64,000 nucleotides of DNA from Eledone cirrhosa. Lineage: Eukaryota. The DNA lies in assembly GCA_964016885.1 (NCBI GenBank), contig OZ024744.1:32922001-32986000 (forward strand), given 5' to 3'. Positions 40,318-51,246 of this stretch are shown in pieces. Below the pieces are notes generated by a model that searched no databases, was not told the DNA's origin, and saw nothing but the letters and a program-made list of their open reading frames with translations. The position numbers were made by a program, and so were the translations under genes. Positions within the stretch are counted from its first letter, which is position 1, and every line of letters starts with the position of its first letter.

Positions 40318-42545
40318 TCAATATATCAGCCAAGAAATTAACACAACCAGAAATACAACTGTTAGAAAATGGACTGAAGTTCACTCCCACTCCGAAAGCA
40401 GATACAGCCGATGTTATAAAAGACACAGAAGAATACTGTCGAAAATTACGCTTAGGAGAATTCTTCCAGGGTGTACAATACGAGGAAGAATCACTGGTAA
40501 AAAACAAAAAGAACTTCACACCCCCGCTAAATAGAGATAAATACCTGGAGGAATACATAACCTGCCTTCGCCGATCAGCACGTACAAATACGGCTGAGAC
40601 GAAACACAAACGCAACATCCCTACAGACCAACTACTAGCATTGAACAAGCTACAAAGGGATTCCTCAATAATAATAAAAGAAGCGGACAAAGGTGGTGCA
40701 AACGTCATCATGGACACAAACCACTACAAAGATATGGTTCTAGCACACTTGAATGACGAAAACTTCTACAGGAAAATCACTAAAAACGAAGAAAGGAAAT
40801 CGAGGAACCAAATAGGCAAACTAACAACAAAGTACCAAAACAACCTAACACCAAAAGAAGTAGATTACCTAACCAACTTCGAAATGAAAACCAGCAATTT
40901 CTATGGATTACCAAACATTCACAAATCCATAGAAATCCAAAACAACATAAAAAGGAAAAATACATCATACATCGAAGCACCAAAACCGACAGACTTAAAA
41001 TTACGCCCCATTATTGCTGGCCCAGCCTCAAGCACACAACGTCTAAGCAACCTATTAGAAATCATACTCAAACCCCTATGTAAAAAAGTTCCAAGCTACA
41101 TCAGAGATGATATGGAATTCCTTAACTATATCCCCCAAAAAGTACACCAGGATACAATCCTAGTCAGTTTTGATGTAATAAGCCTGTACACTAACATCCC
41201 ACACGACCTAGGGATTGAAGCCGTGGACTTCTGGATTATAAAACACTCAAGTCACATTTCAGAAAGATTCCCCAAAGAATTCATCTTGGAAGGACTTAAA
41301 TTAGTATTGGAAAACAACCACTTCCTCTATGACAACGAACTTTATCTACAAATAAAAGGAACAGCCATGGGTACCAAAGTGGTCCCTACATATGCAACGT
41401 TCGTTATGGGTCACTTAGAGGCAAAATTATATTCCCAACTACAGATAACATTCAGTCACAACTTCGCCTTCTACATTAATAAAAACTGGAAACGTTACCT
41501 AGATGACTGCTTCATCTTCTGGAACAGAAGCCAAACAGACCTACAAAAATTTTATTCGATCCTAAACAGGCTTCATGAAGCTATACAATTCACTATGGAA
41601 TGTAACGAAAAGGAACTGCCCTTTCTAGATATCCTCATCATTAAAGAAGGGGAAAATATCATAACGGACCTATTTTGCAAACCCACTGACACACACCAAT
41701 ACTTAAATTTCCGGTCAGCACACCCCTCACATACGAAAAGGAACATTCCCTTCAACATGGCAAGGCGCATCTGCACTATAGCAACACACCCTGTACTACA
41801 AGAAAAAAGATTATGTGACCTGAAAAAATTCCTTAAAAAACAAGAAAACCCGATGAAACTCATCAACGCAGCCATCTCCAAGGCTAAGAACATCCCAATA
41901 ACAACACTGAGAAAACCAAACCCACAACATAAAAAAGAAAACCCTGCTATCTCTTTTGTCATCACTCACAACCCAGGGAACATCAACATTGTGAAAACTG
42001 CTAAGCAGTATCTCCCGATTCTACAGCAATCTACCAAAATGAATGCACTCTTAAAAAACACACAGATAATTTATAGCAGACGCCAAGCACCCAACCTTAA
42101 AAAACTAATTACCAAGGCAAAATTTACGACCAACATGGAATCAATGCAAGTGACGAAATGCGGGGACCCTAGATGTGGAACCTGTGAACTCATCGAAGAG
42201 GGCAAACAGTTGTTCTTCAAAAACTATGATAATTTCAAGGTCAATGCTAACATGAACTGCAAAACGATAAACCTAATATATTGCGCAACATGTCCACAGT
42301 GTAAAGAGTATTACATTGGGGAAACCGGAACGGGATTACATGATAGAGTCCGGGTACATAAACAACAAATTAAAGACCCCACAGTCAGAAATAACACATG
42401 TAGCGCACACTTTACATCATGCGGGAAGGGAAAATTTACAATCTTCCCTTTCTTCAAGATATGGTCGGATAACGAACATTTCCGCAGATATAAAGAAGAA
42501 TTCTTCATTGAAAAATTTAAACCACTACTGAACACGAAAAAATGA
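40278..42545 (+). CDS. Penelope-like reverse transcriptase plus GIY-YIG endonuclease
   Basis: IINIS...LL.NGLKF.PTP, ADKGG, FYGLP.IHK, LRPII, SFDVISLYTNIP, GTAMGT, RYLDD, LPFLD; linker C-x4-C-x2-C; LIYCATCPQCKEYYIGET...R...H; no internal stop. The listed start is GTG. Confidence 0.96.
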   Translation: MAPDEKEPIEPKIINISAKKLTQPEIQLLENGLKFTPTPKADTADVIKDTEEYCRKLRLGEFFQGVQYEEESLVKNKKNFTPPLNRDKYLEEYITCLRRSARTNTAETKHKRNIPTDQLLALNKLQRDSSIIIKEADKGGANVIMDTNHYKDMVLAHLNDENFYRKITKNEERKSRNQIGKLTTKYQNNLTPKEVDYLTNFEMKTSNFYGLPNIHKSIEIQNNIKRKNTSYIEAPKPTDLKLRPIIAGPASSTQRLSNLLEIILKPLCKKVPSYIRDDMEFLNYIPQKVHQDTILVSFDVISLYTNIPHDLGIEAVDFWIIKHSSHISERFPKEFILEGLKLVLENNHFLYDNELYLQIKGTAMGTKVVPTYATFVMGHLEAKLYSQLQITFSHNFAFYINKNWKRYLDDCFIFWNRSQTDLQKFYSILNRLHEAIQFTMECNEKELPFLDILIIKEGENIITDLFCKPTDTHQYLNFRSAHPSHTKRNIPFNMARRICTIATHPVLQEKRLCDLKKFLKKQENPMKLINAAISKAKNIPITTLRKPNPQHKKENPAISFVITHNPGNINIVKTAKQYLPILQQSTKMNALLKNTQIIYSRRQAPNLKKLITKAKFTTNMESMQVTKCGDPRCGTCELIEEGKQLFFKNYDNFKVNANMNCKTINLIYCATCPQCKEYYIGETGTGLHDRVRVHKQQIKDPTVRNNTCSAHFTSCGKGKFTIFPFFKIWSDNEHFRRYKEEFFIEKFKPLLNTKK

Positions 42546-42851
42546 ATTAACACTCGGAGGTAAAATTTCATTTCACTACCCCCCCCCCCCCCCCAACTCT
42601 TCTTATGTATACACATGAATATCTGAGTGAACGGTGAGACACACACATATGTGTGTAGGTATGTATGGATGTATGTACGTATGGGTATATATGTATGTGG
42701 GTGTGTGTATGTGTGTGTGTGTGTGTATATATATATGTATGGATGTGTGTATGTTTGTATGTGTGTGTATATATATATATATATAGATGTATGTGTGTAT
42801 GTGTGTGTGTGTATGCATGTATGTGTGAACGGAGGTATATATACGGACATA

Positions 42852-42882
<31 letters not shown>

Positions 42883-42991
42883 ATACACGTGCGTGTGTGT
42901 GTGTGTGTGTGTGTGCGTGTATGTGTATATATGTATATTTAGTTATGTATCTTTATGTGTGTATATGTATGTATGTGTATGTATGTATATG

Positions 42992-43042
<51 letters not shown>

Positions 43043-43067
43043 ATGTGTGTGTATATGTATATGTATG

Positions 43068-43129
<62 letters not shown>

Positions 43130-43130
43130 C

Positions 43131-43952
43131 ATGTGGAGGTATGAGTACATATTCGTGTGTGTACGTATGTGTATGTGTGTTTTTATGTGTCTCTATATGT
43201 TTTTGTGTATGTATGTAGATGTATATGTACATGGGTGTGTGATTGATGGTGTGTGCCTATATATTCCTACATATGCCCGTGTGTGTATGTACTTGTATAC
43301 GCACATATGTGTGTGTTGAACAAAGGACTAACTTTGGGATGGACGTAGAAAAATTCTTCAGAAAAAAAAAGAAAAAAAAATTATTCACAAAAATGACAGG
43401 TGCGATTTGCCTGTGACCATTCTCAACACAAAAGGAATACTAAAAGCTTTTTCCCCTGAATAAAGGAATTTTTCTAGAATGACCGGGGCAGGCCACACTT
43501 GCTACATTTCTCCCCACCCAACCCTACTCACCGTCTCAACTCATTACTGCTATTAACACTTTTTCAACACACCTACACCCATACACTTATTAAAGGGGGA
43601 GAAAAGAAACCCCCACCACACCACAGACATGTTAAATCCCTATATATAGAACAACACACCACATAGACATCAGTTTGACAAGCGCACCTCAGCGTGAAAG
43701 GTCGTTCTAAAAACGAAACAATACCTCCTACGTTAACCAAGAACTCCTAAGACCTAACCAACAACCAACAACTTTATTTATAAAATAATTTTTTTTAAGA
43801 AAAAAAAAAAATTTTTTTTCTAATCCGGAAAAAAATTCTTTTGGGATTTTGTGAAGAAAATAAATTTGTTGAAAGCACAAGTAAAGCCATTTTTTCTTCC
43901 CCCCTCTCTTAATATACCTAACTGTACCAAGGATTACACACATTTTCCAATA
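43131..43952 (+). repeat. 3' pseudo-LTR of the Penelope-like element
   Basis: Direct repeat of 38290-39079; ends in (TA)n. Confidence 0.9.
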
Positions 43953-43983
43953 TATATATATATTTTTATATATATATATATAT

Positions 43984-44112
<129 letters not shown>

Positions 44113-44121
44113 TATATATAC

Positions 44122-44560
44122 ACTGGCTGAATTACCCGGCGTTGCCCGAGTTACTGCTGTTCTTATTCAGATTAGTAAACAATAAATATAAAGATGTGTT
44201 TTTTTTCCTCATAATTATTTCGAAATATCTATATTTTATACAAAAACTACCAGAGGTACCCGGTGTTGCCCGGTATAACTCTCAATGGAGTAGTCGTTCA
44301 AATGAACCGAAAGACCTCCGTTAAACACGACTATAGAAGTAACAATTTAAAGGTGTTGGCCCTAAGGAGGGCCTTTGAACGTTCACTTTGAAATATCTCT
44401 GTGGCGGTGCTACCAGCAAAGACGAATCCAATGGTAACAATTTAAAGTTGGCGACACTGAAGAGAGCCTTGGATCATTCACTCTTAAACGTCCCAGCGGC
44501 AGAGTTGTCAGCAAAGACGACACCGATTAGAAGTCCTTAAGAAGTCCTTAAGAAGTCCTT
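44122..44560 (+). mobile_element. Helentron/HINE-like end with short internal tandem repeats
   Basis: CTGGCTGAATTACCCGGCGTTGCCCG terminal-type motif, repeated at ~44250; ~95-bp degenerate tandem pair at 44340-44530. Confidence 0.5.
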
Positions 44561-45015
44561 CACACCACTTTGGTGTGTCGTATTTGCTTTGCTTGCTATT
44601 TGAGATTGCAACCTAGAAAAGCATATAACAGTCGGTGGCCACAAAAATGGCCTTGGCAAAATCACGCTGGAATGTTAAAAACATGTGTAAATAAGATGTA
44701 GGGAAAAGTAGATTAATTAGGTTAAAAATACGGAACATCGATAGCAAAGCGTAACAGCAACATATAAATGCTGAAAACGGAGACATTGAACATTTATAAC
44801 GTATAACAAAAGCAACCTCAGAGGTGTACGTGGTATTGTCAAAAGGACAAAAATAGCACACGGATACAGAAAATGTAAGCACTTATACAAAAAAAAAAAA
44901 TACAGCGATTACTTGTTGGCGGATGGGGTGCCTACAAAACTTCCTTATAGACTATATTTTGGGTTTTCTCGCGAGTTGCAAAAGCAAATAGGTTATGTCG
45001 GCTCCCCACTCTAGA

Positions 45016-45830
45016 TTAGCCAACATATAGATGACCATGGGAGAAGCACTGTTCTTCTAAATTAAGCCCTACGACCGTCAGCGTCTGACCCTGTGATTTG
45101 TTAATCGACATGGCGAAACTGAGCCGGAGAGGGAATTGCAGCCTTCTGAATGTGAAAGGAATGTCTTTACCGAAATGGGAGGTATCCATGGTATGAATAT
45201 AGTATCCCCCGTTACCACATCCTGTAAGTATTGTTGTCTCAATATCACGAGGCATCGCCTTTTGGACGACCAGACGCGTGCCGTTGGAGAACCTTCGGGG
45301 TTCCAAATTCCTGAGGAGCATGACAGGGGCATCTTTCTTAAGTCGCAGTAAGTGTCATGGCAATCCGGGAGGGTCAAGGGAGTTAAGAAATTCTGTGGGG
45401 TAATTAACAACTTCGTCCGGATCAGCCATAGAGTCAAGGAACTTGTAGACGTGCAGGTTTCCAGACAAGCACAGCGTAGTCGGAGGAGGGGTCGTAGTTA
45501 AAGGCCTTCAACAACCATCGTGAATTGCAAGTCCTAGAAATGCCACGTAACGATGATCGCCGCTGTTCACTTTGCAGAAGTCGGCCACGTCATTGCACTG
45601 TTTCAGTATTTCGTGCAGCAGCAGTGGCAGCGGCGTCCCTGCTTCGTCGAACAGTGCGTCGCTCTTTATCCTCTCGATCGCGAGCAGCGGCTGTTGCAGT
45701 GGCGTCCCTACTTCGTCGAACGGCGCGTCGTCCTTCATCCTCTCGAGCGCGAGCAGCGGCTGTTGCAGTGGCGTCTCTGCTTCGTCGAACGGTGCGTCGT
45801 CCTTCATCCTCTCGCACGCGAGATAGTAAA
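45016..45830 (-). mobile_element. internally deleted Helitron RepHel relic (N-terminal charged repeats joined to Pif1 helicase C-terminus)
   Basis: MLLRNL.P...NGTRL.V; RRLQFPLRLSFAMSINKSQGQTL..VGL.L...FSHG.LYV; three 69-bp repeats at 45615-45820 encode R/E/A-rich 23-mers. Confidence 0.85.
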
Positions 45831-46235
45831 GAATCATCTGTACTCCACCAACATGCTAAAATAGAACATAAGGGTAAATTAGAGAACATAGAAATATAAA
45901 TAGAATCTACACACAGAAAAGACGCAATGTTTAGACAAATCACAGAGGCAATAAACATAAATGAACTCCAACCAAAATTAAATAGAAAACATGAATGGAA
46001 TAGCAACATCGCAACTTACAATTAAGGACAAAATGAAAACACACACACATAGAACAAACAACCAACCAGTAACATGTAAATAAACAAACAAATAAACAAA
46101 TATGAACACACACGGACACCCGGATGTAACACAAGCGCAAACTAAGCACACAACACACACACAAAAACAAGATGGCGTAGGACAGAACAAAGGAGAGTCA
46201 CAAAAACAAAAACAAAAGAAAATAATCCCCAGTCA

Positions 46236-46275
46236 CTGAAGAGGTCACATAATGTCTGACGAAAGAACTTTGACA
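46236..46275 (+). ncRNA. hammerhead motif in pLTR remnant
   Basis: CTGAAGA-g-GTCA-cataatgtc-TGAC-GAAA; stem III is unclear. Confidence 0.5.
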
Positions 46276-46468
46276 ATATATGAACAATCGTCTGGTTGTG
46301 GAAGCAACCAACCAACCGGAAATTTATAAATTTAATTTATAATAAATTGGAGTGAAAGCAACTGGTGCGTGTGTTTCTTATTGGCAACATGACTCTCCCA
46401 AAGCATAATAATATCGGTTTCAACACACGTTTTCAGATAAAGATTCTTGCTAAACAAATTCAGAAACG

Positions 46469-46514
<46 letters not shown>

Positions 46515-46772
46515 CTACATACATACAAACATATACCTCTGTATATAGCTATGCATTTAAACATTTGTATATATATAAGCAATTATATTTAAGTGTGTAA
46601 GGATTTTAACTTGATTTATGTTGTTGTTTTTTTGGTAAGGAGCAAATTTTGTCTCCAGATTTTATTACCTAGGGAGATTAAATACCACAGCTCTGGCTGA
46701 AAGCTGACCAGGTTCTCAACCTCATCAAACACCAACGCCGGCCTGTGTGCGTATATATGTGTATATATGTAC

Positions 46773-47363
46773 TGCTACTGGTAACATGTATCCCAGTACA
46801 ACCTGTCTCATGGTCGGGTCGTTGGCGACTAAACTGGCAACCCCACCAAGGTTTCTTGGTGAGGAGGGTGACTTTGGACATCCTGCAGGACTAAAAACAA
46901 ACTGTCAAATGGCAAAGGAGCCCTTAAGAGTCAATGGCCATCCAAAATCACCGGGAGAGATGACTCCTTTGCCTTTGTCAAGGCAGAATTCTAGGAGAAG
47001 GAAAACTCTGATATAACACCTGCAACCCTGATGGTATCCAATGATGTTGACTTGTTCTTCCTTTTGATAAATATCATCTTGGTTAAGAGAGTGGGACTGG
47101 CTTTGTGCAGTGCCTTTGCTCACTATAAAAGCTTCACGGCACAGGCATTGCTTTATATCTGGAGATCTCTCAGCATTTGTCGTCACATGGTACCATGGGC
47201 CCAGCACTATGTGTCAATAATTGTCACAAGTGTAGTGTTTGTACCAGAGTTTTCAAGTCGCTGGCTGGACTAAAAAGTCACACTTGTTCAGCGCATCGGT
47301 AGGGGTTCTCCTACATGGATATAAAGTAGTGGCCGTACTCGAAAACGAGCTGGCAGCCACCAT
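46773..47363 (+). mobile_element. non-autonomous RTE-derived element, copy C
   Basis: Reverse complement of 32275-32880, lacking ~15 nt at the 5' end. Confidence 0.8.
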
Positions 47364-47784
47364 ATGTACGTATACATGTGTGTGTATAATCGTATATATG
47401 TATATATGTATACATCCACACCTTTCATCACCATTGCTTCTTTTTCTTGTCGTTTCTGTTGTTCTTGTAACTGTTGTAAAAGTTGAAATTGTCCTTATTT
47501 TCATTTTCTTTGATTTATTTCGTTTTTATTTTATCTCCCTAGGGAATTCATTGACAAGCTTCTTTTATTTATTTTCTTTGTTTTCTTCATTCAAATGCAC
47601 TCACACTGGCTGTCTCAGAGACGTACAAATATGGCTTATAAAACTTACATAAGTAAATAGCCTTCCAGTGCCACCCCTCCACTCCAATCCCCCACCCACA
47701 CCCCCTTGGCCCAAAACGCCCCCTTGGAGCTCTGAAACGCCCCCCGGGGGCCTATGATCCCCGTTGAGAACCTTTGGTCTAAAT

Positions 47785-47959
47785 CAGTGGTTCTCAACCG
47801 GGGTCCACATGGACCCTGGGGGTCCATGTAATATTCCTGGGGGTCTACAGACAAAAAATAGAATAAGCTTTTCTTTTGTCGAATAACTATGAGGGAGTCC
47901 ACACCCCAAAAAAAGAAGGGAAAAGGGGTCCATGAGTAAAGAAAGGTTGAGAACCACTG
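47785..47959. mobile_element. hAT/Charlie-type MITE
   Basis: TIRs CAGTGGTTCTCAACC / GGTTGAGAACCACTG; 8-bp TSD GTCTAAAT (47777-47784) / GTCTAGAT (47960-47967), fitting NTCTAGAN. Confidence 0.92.
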
Positions 47960-48262
47960 GTCTAGATGGACTGCGAGGTTGACCACTGTTGAATGGTGTT
48001 AGTGGATATCAAATCCAAAGATCCGCCAGATAGATCCTTTCCTGGAGACGTATCAACCTGTCTGATACTGTTTGACCTCAACCAGTCCACCATCATTGAG
48101 TTCCTTGTCAATAACAAAAGTAGCCATGACACTACCCTTGTTGATATATTTTGTGATAAATAGTATTGCTTTGACAGAGCTGCAATACTCAACATTGATA
48201 TGAGCTCTTAGAAGTTGACACATCATTTTGTTTTGTAGCACTATGCATCGATTGTCTAGGGT
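47960..48262 (-). mobile_element. Helitron Rep-domain fragment
   Basis: DNR.IV..N......AHINVEYCSSVKAI..I.KYINKG....EVKQYQTG, then WRIFGF.IH....VVNLAVHL. Confidence 0.85.
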
Positions 48263-48763
48263 CAGCTCTAAGTCAAATAACATTGGAAAAATAATGCACA
48301 AATTTATCAGACAATATGATTTTTCCAGGTATTGTTATATTTGGGTAATGTCATGTCCTAATATTGCCAAAATAATGATTTAGCTGGCAATCAATGACTA
48401 TCATTGATTGACTAACCGTTAAACTTATAAATATAGATATAATTTCTCAAAGTTCCTTCGTCACACACATTTTTTCTGTGACATCTTCAGTGATTTCCTC
48501 CCATTGTGTTTATTATAACGTTTTTTGGGGGGTTTTGGGTGCCAGCCCAAAATATATAGATATATGAACTGAAGTGAAAACCAAAGCAAACAGTGGGTGT
48601 ATTTTATTACTATTTTGGACAACATGACCCACCCCAAATATAACAATATGTGTTTCAGCACATGATTATATATCAAAACCCTTGCAAAACAAATTATGGA
48701 TTTTCACAGGGTTTGTTTGTAATCTATATATATCATTAACTTTAGACAGAGGAAAAATTGAAG

Positions 48764-48867
<104 letters not shown>

Positions 48868-48936
48868 TCTCATATGTGTGTGTGTAGACATTCTTCAATG
48901 TTTCCTCTGTCTAAAGTTAATGACACACACACACAC

Positions 48937-48974
<38 letters not shown>

Positions 48975-49121
48975 TTGTGTCACCGTTCTTTGGTTAGATA
49001 TATATATATGTGTGTGTGTAGACGTCCTTAACTTTTTCCTCTCTCTAAAGTTAACGATATATATATATTACAAACAAACATATATATGTCTCTAACTTAA
49101 GTACGGTGATAAACACACACA

Positions 49122-49173
<52 letters not shown>

Positions 49174-49453
49174 GATGTTATATTTAATTAGTTGGGATTC
49201 AACGAGCTTAAACATTTTTATAACTGATATAAAGCACTCAACAATTAGTGGAGTAAATACACAATATATTAATAAATGGAAACTATATTTATAAAACCAT
49301 ATTTATTTTATTATACATATTTCAAGAGCGACCAAGGTAAATTATGGTTGAAATTCGCTGGATATCGATAGATATCCAGCGAATTTCAACCATTGAGGTT
49401 GTCTTTTTTCCGGGTATGTCAATATTTATTTATAAAAAAAATCTGTATGTTAT

Positions 49454-49503
49454 CTGATGAAAGCGCACCATAATTTACCTTGTTCGCCCTTGAAATATAT
49501 ATA
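49454..49503 (+). ncRNA. minimal hammerhead motif in an inverted-repeat cassette
   Basis: CTGATGA-aagcgcacca...tgttcgccct-t-GAAA-TATATA-TA, with a palindromic stem III. Confidence 0.55.
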
Positions 49504-50339
49504 ATAAAATAAATATGGTTTTATAAATATAGTTTCCATTTATTAATATATTGTATATATATATATATATATATGTCTCTAACTTAAGTACGGTGATAAA
49601 GACACACAAACATATGTATATGTCTCTAACTTAAATACGGTGATGAACACACACACTCATTCACATATACACAGAATCTCATTACGACTTTTGTGAAAGA
49701 GAGAGAGAAAGAGAAGTAACGTTAAGAAAGGGGTTAGTTAAGAAGTGTTTAAAAATAAATAAATAAAAGTTAGTTAACGAACCATGCTATCATTTTTATG
49801 TTTTCTTTCTTTCTCTTCCCTAACCCCCATCTCTCTCTCTCTTTCTTTGGCTCTCTTTCTATTTCTCTCTCTCTCTCTCTCTCATTCCCTCCTCTCTCTC
49901 TGTCTTTTCCCTCTCTCTCACCCCTCTCTTTCTCTCTTATCCCCTCTCTCTCTTTCTCTACAGAATGAAGAACAAAAAAACAAATAAGTTGTTCCCTCGT
50001 TTTGTAGGACTGTGTTGTGTTAGGAGGAAGGGTAGTAGTGGAAGGGAGGGTTTAACATAGAGTAGTAGTATCTTGTCTTCCCCTTCTCTTACTGAAACGT
50101 CTCTTTCCTCCTCATTGTAAAGATGTCCCCAGGGGTTCTATTATTGTTGAAATCTATTTTTGTTGAATTCTATTTTTATTGAAATTCAATTAGCCAGTCC
50201 TGTTTCTGAATATTAGTTTAACATGTGTGTACAGTTTCATTATGATTGGATCACTGGTGTAGGCGCCAACTGGTTATACACAGACTGACAGAAATACCAT
50301 TTATATAATAGATGGAATTAAAAATTACATGCTGACACT

Positions 50340-50609
<270 letters not shown>

Positions 50610-50709
50610 AGTGTGTGTGTGTGTGTGTTAAGTATTTCCGTAGAAAAGGTAAAAGAAAAAAAGAGTGCTCTACGTATAGTACAGAGCTATTTAATGACAT
50701 AATAAACAA

Positions 50710-51059
50710 CAATATAATTATTCGATTACCAAAGGTTTCAAGAAACTAGACGATCCTTACAGAAACGTCCGGCCGGTTCATCAGATGAAATAGTTATGTT
50801 TTTGAAATTGATATCTATTAAAAATGAAAGTGGGGCTGAGTTAAAATAACATCTTGTAACGGAAAAAAAGGTATTTATATATATATACACACATATAAAT
50901 ATACATACATGCACACAGAGCCTCACTTTCATTTTTAATAGATATCAATTTCAAAACTTATATTCAAAACATAATTATTTCATCTGATGAACGTACTGGA
51001 CGTTTCTGTTAGGATGGTCTAGTTCCTTGAAATATTTGGTAATGGAATAATTATATTGT
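50710..51059. repeat. inverted repeat with a hammerhead motif in each arm
   Basis: Arms ~50710-50838 and ~50920-51059; CTGATGA...ACTGGAC...GTCTAGT...GAAA at 50984-51042 (+), mirrored at 50726-50784 (-). Confidence 0.8.
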
Positions 51060-51072
51060 GTTCTTTATTATG

Positions 51073-51168
<96 letters not shown>

Positions 51169-51246
51169 GGAGGTGAGTTTTATTGTAGTACAATAAAGCA
51201 GTGAAGATATCGGATAAGTAGCACTCTACAGTTTGTAGGACTGGAG

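Larger units (their letters stand above)
37729..43952 (+). mobile_element. apparently complete Penelope-like retroelement (GIY-YIG PLE, Neptune/Naiad-like) with direct and inverted pLTRs
   Basis: Direct repeats 38290-39079 and 43131-43952, an inverted partial copy at 37729-38290, and ORF1 plus an RT-EN ORF between them. Confidence 0.93.

Noticed and set aside
40278-42545. Telomerase, retron or group II intron RT; selenoprotein PLE
   Set aside because: The motifs plus C-terminal GIY-YIG and pLTRs identify a PLE, and there is no in-frame TGA to recode.
38290-43952. LTR retrotransposon
   Set aside because: No TG...CA termini, PBS, protease or integrase; the repeats are PLE pseudo-LTRs.
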